Positions 47,933-52,459 of a stretch of 52,459 bases of DNA are shown one piece after another. Each line of letters starts with the position of its first letter. The first letter of the stretch is position 1. Source of the stretch: Gammaproteobacteria bacterium (GTDB taxonomy: Bacteria > Pseudomonadota > Gammaproteobacteria > BMS3Bbin11); NCBI GenBank assembly GCA_036986095.1, contig BTQX01000001.1, positions 1 through 52,459 of the forward strand. Reading direction: 5' to 3'. A program made the position numbers and the translations under genes. The notes beneath the pieces were generated by a model, which saw only the letters and a list, made by a program, of their open reading frames with translations, was not told where the DNA came from and searched no databases.

Positions 47933-48403
47933 ATGAAACTTAGCAACAGTAAGTTAAACAGCAATAAACCAGGTATACGGACACAAATCAGAAGCGTAGT
48001 CGTGTTATTGGGCACCCTTTCGCTGCTCGGCACAGGTGTTGCGTCCGCCGGGGGTTTTACACAAGTAAAGCCGTTCGAATATTCCACCAGCAACAGCGAA
48101 TCACTGACCAGTCTGTATGGACAGTGGGAGCCACTTGAAAGTCAGCAGAAAAGTATCTCGGAAACGCTTTCGAGCAACCCATTTGTTCCATCCCTGATTC
48201 CACATCTTAGTGCGAATAGCCAGACATCACTCAAGCTGCGCACATTTTCAATGCTGGATCCGAATGGATATTACCGCGTGTCTTCACTTGAGGATGGAAT
48301 TCCATCAGATGAGAAGGAGACAGCAACTTCATTCCTCGGGGTGGTGGTTTTAGTTGGATACCTGGCCTTCGAGGCGGCAATAACAATGAGAAGCAATAAA
48401 TAG
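47933..48403 (+). CDS. Small secreted protein with a C-terminal TM anchor and basic end, hypothetical
   Basis: The 156-aa product follows the SD GGAGA. It has the signal peptide ...LLGTGVASA, a Ser-rich body containing FSMLDPNG, and a C-terminal TM segment (SFLGVVVLVGYLAFEAAI) followed by TMRSNK. Confidence 0.5.
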   Translation: MKLSNSKLNSNKPGIRTQIRSVVVLLGTLSLLGTGVASAGGFTQVKPFEYSTSNSESLTSLYGQWEPLESQQKSISETLSSNPFVPSLIPHLSANSQTSLKLRTFSMLDPNGYYRVSSLEDGIPSDEKETATSFLGVVVLVGYLAFEAAITMRSNK

Positions 48404-48521
48404 CTCCTGATATCGGTATGTTCATCTTTTTAAGGCCAGACTCCCCCCATTGGGTTTGGGGGAATCTGGATAAGGAAAAAGTCCAGGCGGCAAGGTAAAA
48501 AACATTCAGAAGGAATCCAAA

Positions 48522-49592
48522 ATGAGTATGAAAAAAATAGAAAGATTCGCGGTGTTAACCATCATATCTTTGACGATTATGGGATGTTCCACACCGGCAA
48601 CCCGTACCACAGGAACCAGTGAGCAGGATGTCGATGCTGAAACACTCAAACAGCTCGAAATTCGACTGGCTACAGACCTTCGTGAACATGACCGGGTGAT
48701 GGCGGTAGCATATCCGCTATTGAAGTCTGCTGTTCCTATTTGTGATGACGATGCTATCCCATCAATCGGTTTAACGCCTTCTAATCTGTATACCCTCAGT
48801 AAGGATGTCAGACAGGTTGCTGTCAGATTGTATGATATAGATGATCAGCTGCAAGTAATGATTGTCCACCCAGGGTCGCCAGCCGATAAAGCAGGTTTGA
48901 TGCGTGGTGATAAGTTACTATCTCTTAACGAACAGCCTGTCATCACCGGGGAGGACGCGGCTAAGAAATGGTATGAGCAACTCAAAAAGGTCCTGGAAGT
49001 CAGTAACAGCTTAACGCTGACCATCAGCCGAAATGGTGAACAGTCTCAGCTTACTCTTAATGCTGAGAAAGTATGCGGATATTCAGTCGCTGAGACCTAT
49101 AGCGACACGGTAAATGCCTTTGCTGATGGAAAGAATATTGTGTTATCAGCAGGCATGCTGCGCTTTGCACAAAATGATAATGAGCTTGCACTGGTGATCT
49201 CCCACGAGATAGCACATAACGCCATGGACCATATGGAAGCAAAAAGATCTAATTATACTTCTGGGACATTACTTGATATTGCCGCAGCACTGGCAGGCGT
49301 TAATACAGGCGGGGCATTTGGTAGAATTGCAGCAGGAGTTTATTCGAAAGGTTTTGAATCTGAAGCTGACTATGTCGGCCTTTATATCATGGCGCTGGCC
49401 GATGTTCCAATTGAAGACGCACCTAAATTCTGGCGTCGAATGGCTGCTACTCATCCGGAGAGTGCAGGCAAAGGAGGTTTTCTTGCCTCCCACCCTGCAA
49501 CTTCGGAGCGATTTGTGGCACTGGAAAATACAATTGAAGAGATACATCAAAAGCAGGCCAGTGGCGTTCTTTTGACCCCAAACATGAAATAA
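48522..49592 (+). CDS. M48-family zinc metallopeptidase lipoprotein with an inserted PDZ domain
   Basis: The 356-aa product has a lipobox-like LTIMGC and a PDZ domain (VMIVHPGSPADKAGLMRGDKLLSLNEQPV). It has the HExxH motif in VISHEIAHNAMDH, a downstream E (FESEADYVGL) and the C-terminal SHPATSERF typical of LoiP/YcaL-like M48 enzymes. Confidence 0.75.
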   Translation: MSMKKIERFAVLTIISLTIMGCSTPATRTTGTSEQDVDAETLKQLEIRLATDLREHDRVMAVAYPLLKSAVPICDDDAIPSIGLTPSNLYTLSKDVRQVAVRLYDIDDQLQVMIVHPGSPADKAGLMRGDKLLSLNEQPVITGEDAAKKWYEQLKKVLEVSNSLTLTISRNGEQSQLTLNAEKVCGYSVAETYSDTVNAFADGKNIVLSAGMLRFAQNDNELALVISHEIAHNAMDHMEAKRSNYTSGTLLDIAAALAGVNTGGAFGRIAAGVYSKGFESEADYVGLYIMALADVPIEDAPKFWRRMAATHPESAGKGGFLASHPATSERFVALENTIEEIHQKQASGVLLTPNMK

Positions 49593-49606
49593 AGGAGTAG
49601 ATCAAA

Positions 49607-51226
49607 ATGGCTATCGAAGAACTGAAGTTCAAGATTGCTAACACATGCTCTGAGATGGATGCAATACATGGCTTGAATTATCGAACGTTTGTCGAAGAGA
49701 TTCCTCAACATCAGGACAATCCACAGCAGAAACTTATTGATAAATTTCATGACGAAAACACATACATTATCTGCATGAAGGGAAAAGACATTGCAGGTAT
49801 GCTGGCTCTTCGAGATTCGCGTCCTTTTTCTCTGGACGCAAAACTCGAAAATCTTGATTCCTATCTTCCTGCATACCGATCAATTTGTGAAATAAGACTT
49901 CTTGCCGTTGAAAAAAAGTATCGCAATACAGCGATATTTATCGGCTTGTTAAACAAAGCATTTGATTTTGCCATGCAGCAGGCATATGACCTATGTGTGA
50001 TATCTGGAACTACTCGACAGATAAAGCTCTATAAACACATTGGTCTAAAACAATTTGGCCCATTGGTAGGTACTGAGAATGCAAGATATCAACCTATGTA
50101 TATATCTATTAAAGATGCCATGGCATTTAGAGACAGGTCGCACGCAATGAATATAAACAGTAAGACTATGTCAACATTAATTAACTGTCTACCGGGGCCT
50201 GTATCACTATCAGAAGGTGTCGTTAGTGCATTTGTATCGGAGCCTGTGTCACATCGTAGTGAATGTTTTATTGAAAGGTTCAACGAGGTTCGAGAAAAAC
50301 TGTGTCACCTGACAAGTGCACGAAAGGTAAACATTATGACGGGTTCCGGCACACTCGCTAATGACGTTGTTGCAAGTCAGCTCTCATCGTTGAAAGGAAA
50401 AGGTTTAATACTTGTGAATGGTGAATTTGGGAACCGGCTTGTGGAGCATGCTTCTCGTGCTGGCTTAGTCTATGATCTCCTCCAGACACCTGGTGGTAAA
50501 AGCTATAAAAGAAATGAATTGGAAAAACAAATGCAAGAACAGGGCGCATACTCCTGGCTCTGGTGCGTTCATTGTGAGACATCAACGGGTGTTATTAATG
50601 ATGCTGGTTTACTCAAAGACGTTTGTCAAAGACATAAAATAAAATTGTGCCTCGATTGTATAAGTACTGTTGGTTCATGTGAGGTCGATCTGAATGATGT
50701 TTATCTTGCATCAGCGACTAGTGGAAAGGGTATCGGGTCGTTACCCGGCCTTGCCATGATCTTTTCCGATCATTGTGCTACATCATGTAATAAGCAATTA
50801 CCACGTTATTTTGATTTGTCTTTATATGAAGGAAACCAGGGCATTCCTTTCACAATTTCATCAAATGCTGTGTATGCACTGGAAGCTGCTCTGATACAGA
50901 CGAACTGGCCAGAACGATTCAGGCTGGTGGAGAATTTATCTCGTCAGCTATACTGTCAACTTGATCTACTAGGACTGCAAATTCTCGCTGATCCAGAACA
51001 TCGTGCTTTGCATGTAACAAGCATCCTATTGCCTGATGGAGTTTCATCACTGGAGTTTGGCGATTTTCTAGCTAGTCAGGGCATATTTCTCAGTTATCGG
51101 AGCCAGTATCTTATCAGTCAGAACTGTGTGCAGATCTGTTTTATGGGCAATCTTCTGTTAGATTACAAGAATCTCTATGAGGCTTTACAACATGCTCTTG
51201 TACAAATAAGAAAAAGTGCTGCATAA
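49607..51226 (+). CDS. Fusion protein: an N-acyltransferase-like GNAT domain joined to a class V (PhnW/AGXT-like) PLP aminotransferase
   Basis: The 539-aa product has an N-terminal region of about 175 aa resembling N-acyl amino acid synthase/OlsB-type GNATs (LNYRTFVEEI...EIRLLAVEKKYRN). The C-terminal region of about 360 aa has the class V pattern (PGPVSLSE, GSGTLANDVV, HCETSTGVIND, and the PLP Lys in ASATSGKGIGSLPGLA). Confidence 0.65.
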   Translation: MAIEELKFKIANTCSEMDAIHGLNYRTFVEEIPQHQDNPQQKLIDKFHDENTYIICMKGKDIAGMLALRDSRPFSLDAKLENLDSYLPAYRSICEIRLLAVEKKYRNTAIFIGLLNKAFDFAMQQAYDLCVISGTTRQIKLYKHIGLKQFGPLVGTENARYQPMYISIKDAMAFRDRSHAMNINSKTMSTLINCLPGPVSLSEGVVSAFVSEPVSHRSECFIERFNEVREKLCHLTSARKVNIMTGSGTLANDVVASQLSSLKGKGLILVNGEFGNRLVEHASRAGLVYDLLQTPGGKSYKRNELEKQMQEQGAYSWLWCVHCETSTGVINDAGLLKDVCQRHKIKLCLDCISTVGSCEVDLNDVYLASATSGKGIGSLPGLAMIFSDHCATSCNKQLPRYFDLSLYEGNQGIPFTISSNAVYALEAALIQTNWPERFRLVENLSRQLYCQLDLLGLQILADPEHRALHVTSILLPDGVSSLEFGDFLASQGIFLSYRSQYLISQNCVQICFMGNLLLDYKNLYEALQHALVQIRKSAA

Positions 51227-51289
51227 CCCTTCAGTGCACCCTTGAATTCAAGGCCTCTATTAATTCTTGAATCATCAATGTTATAGAAT

Positions 51290-52459
51290 ATGCAAACTTA
51301 TTTATGCACTCTGAGTAAAAGAGAAAAGTGGACGATAGATAAATATCTGGCAAAATATTCCGAAATCGAATCAAAGTGGCTGGCGTCAAAGATACCTACA
51401 GAGAGTTGGGATTATGTGGTTACTATTCCTGCCTGTGGAGAAGATAAATTTCTGCCAGCGGCACTGGATTCGATTAATAGCTGCGCTATAGCTAGAAGCA
51501 ATAAAAGGGTTCTTTGTATCGTCGTTCTGAATGGCAACGAGTCACGAGAAGATGAATTCAGAACATCCAATCAGAGAATGCGCACCTGGTTCAGTGAACA
51601 CTGTAAAGTAAAAACCACCTCTCTTAATCCTGCTGAAACCTGCCCGCAGACACTTGTCTCATGGCAGAATATCGAGATCCTGATTGCTGATCGCTCAAAA
51701 GAACCATGGTTGATCCCAGCAGATCAGGGAATAGGGCTGGCTCGCAAGATTGGGGCAGATATTGCCCTGTTTTTGATCAACGCGGGTAAGATTCGCGACC
51801 CCTGGATTCATACCACTGATGCCGATGCCAGGGTACCTGATGATTATTTCCTGAGGACGAATGAACTGCCCTCCACATCAGAGGATATGCCAAAGCTGAC
51901 TAAGCCCCCAGGCTGCTTTATTTACCCATACCAACATATCCCGGATGTGGATATGGCTCAGCAGGAGCATGATCGATACTGGCCCGCGCTGGCTGAATAT
52001 GAACTATGGCTGCGTTATTATGTGGCGGGCCTGAAATGGGCAGGATCCAGCTATGCACACCCCTCAATTGGCAGCCTGCTGGCCTTTGATGCACTGGCCT
52101 ATGCGAGAACCCGTGGTTTTCCAAAGCGCAAGGCGGGAGAAGATTTTTATTTCCAGAACAAGTTATCCAAGGTGGGGGTGATGATCACACTGGAGGGAAA
52201 GCCAATAAGGCTGCTAACCCGGCCATCGACCAGGGTGCCCTTTGGTACCGGACAGGGCACAATCAGGATCGATCAACTAAATGAAGCAGGGAATATCTAC
52301 GAGGTTTATCACCCACAGGTGTTTGATTTTCTGAAAGCGTTTCTTTCCGCTGTACGATATTGGCTACAGGACTCAGGTATGGATGATGACGAAAGACGGT
52401 TGGTCTTTATTTCATCAATCGAGAAGTATTTACCTGCATCAAAGCAGAATGATTGTGAT
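51290..52459 (+). CDS. GT2-like glycosyltransferase, 3'-truncated by the window edge
   Basis: It is an open frame from the ATG at 51290 to the window end (390 codons, hand-translated, no stops). It is absent from the ORF track, presumably because it has no stop in the window. Motifs include VVTIPACGEDKFLPAALDSI, the DxD-like HTTDADARVP and KAGEDFYFQNKLSK. Confidence 0.6.
   Translation, partial: MQTYLCTLSKREKWTIDKYLAKYSEIESKWLASKIPTESWDYVVTIPACGEDKFLPAALDSINSCAIARSNKRVLCIVVLNGNESREDEFRTSNQRMRTWFSEHCKVKTTSLNPAETCPQTLVSWQNIEILIADRSKEPWLIPADQGIGLARKIGADIALFLINAGKIRDPWIHTTDADARVPDDYFLRTNELPSTSEDMPKLTKPPGCFIYPYQHIPDVDMAQQEHDRYWPALAEYELWLRYYVAGLKWAGSSYAHPSIGSLLAFDALAYARTRGFPKRKAGEDFYFQNKLSKVGVMITLEGKPIRLLTRPSTRVPFGTGQGTIRIDQLNEAGNIYEVYHPQVFDFLKAFLSAVRYWLQDSGMDDDERRLVFISSIEKYLPASKQNDCD

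Noticed and set aside
1-52459. A search by eye for a CRISPR array, tRNA or rRNA genes, a reverse-transcriptase/DGR or retron, an integron attC/intI, and toxin-antitoxin pairs.
   Set aside because: I found no regularly spaced direct repeats with unique spacers. I also found no cloverleaf-like or rRNA-like segments, and no RT, integrase or small paired ORFs. The repeats present are explained as IS- or REP-derived. A covariance-model scan (tRNAscan, Infernal) would be needed to exclude small RNAs.

Overview
The window is 52.5 kb of chromosomal-looking proteobacterial DNA, and I cannot assign a taxon from sequence alone. There are no rRNA or tRNA genes and no CRISPR array. Composition is patchy by hand counts on sample lines. 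Positions 158-1465 are about 57-62% GC, 2387-3700 is about 37% GC, and most of the rest is mid-40s to low-50s.

Recognisable content, left to right:
- A high-GC Kelch-like gene bracketed by inverted REP-like repeats, then an Mth938-like gene.
- A low-GC trio: a sulfotransferase-like gene, a Tat-signal secreted protein and a JmjC/cupin-4 oxygenase.
- pckA, then an NfeD protease and SPFH/stomatin pair.
- An alpha/beta hydrolase and a Zn-dependent alcohol dehydrogenase.
- A 1110-aa protein with five PAS domains plus GGDEF and EAL domains.
- DoxX and an orphan soxY.
- Three secreted proteins with His-, Met- and Gly-rich low-complexity regions, and a YidB-like gene.
- A truncated cusA paralog remnant.
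- A serine-cycle block: a serine-glyoxylate-type aminotransferase, mtkAB and malyl-CoA lyase.
- A complete cusCBA-type RND efflux operon headed by a Cys-rich small protein.
- A degenerate RAYT (REP-associated tyrosine transposase) fragment.
- A NitT/TauT-type ABC transporter operon ending in a 795-aa PHP-like hydrolase.
- A module of a Crp-like regulator, a blue-copper cupredoxin and a class III adenylate cyclase.
- A divergent module: a membrane-embedded PDZ-AAA+ regulator faces a sigma-54-like promoter. Downstream are two small anchored secreted proteins, a PDZ-containing M48 lipoprotein peptidase, a GNAT::aminotransferase fusion and a GT2-like glycosyltransferase that runs off the window.

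Four same-orientation copies of a 107-160 bp repeat derive from the 3' end of an IS30-family element. GGGGTC-type hairpins also litter the intergenic regions.

The best candidates for an undescribed system are the 44.6-52.5 kb PDZ-regulator/peptidase/acyl-aminotransferase module, the cupredoxin-cyclase-Crp circuit next to the ABC/PHP-hydrolase operon, and the His/Met-rich secreted protein trio. All functional calls come from reading motifs by eye, and no database search was possible.
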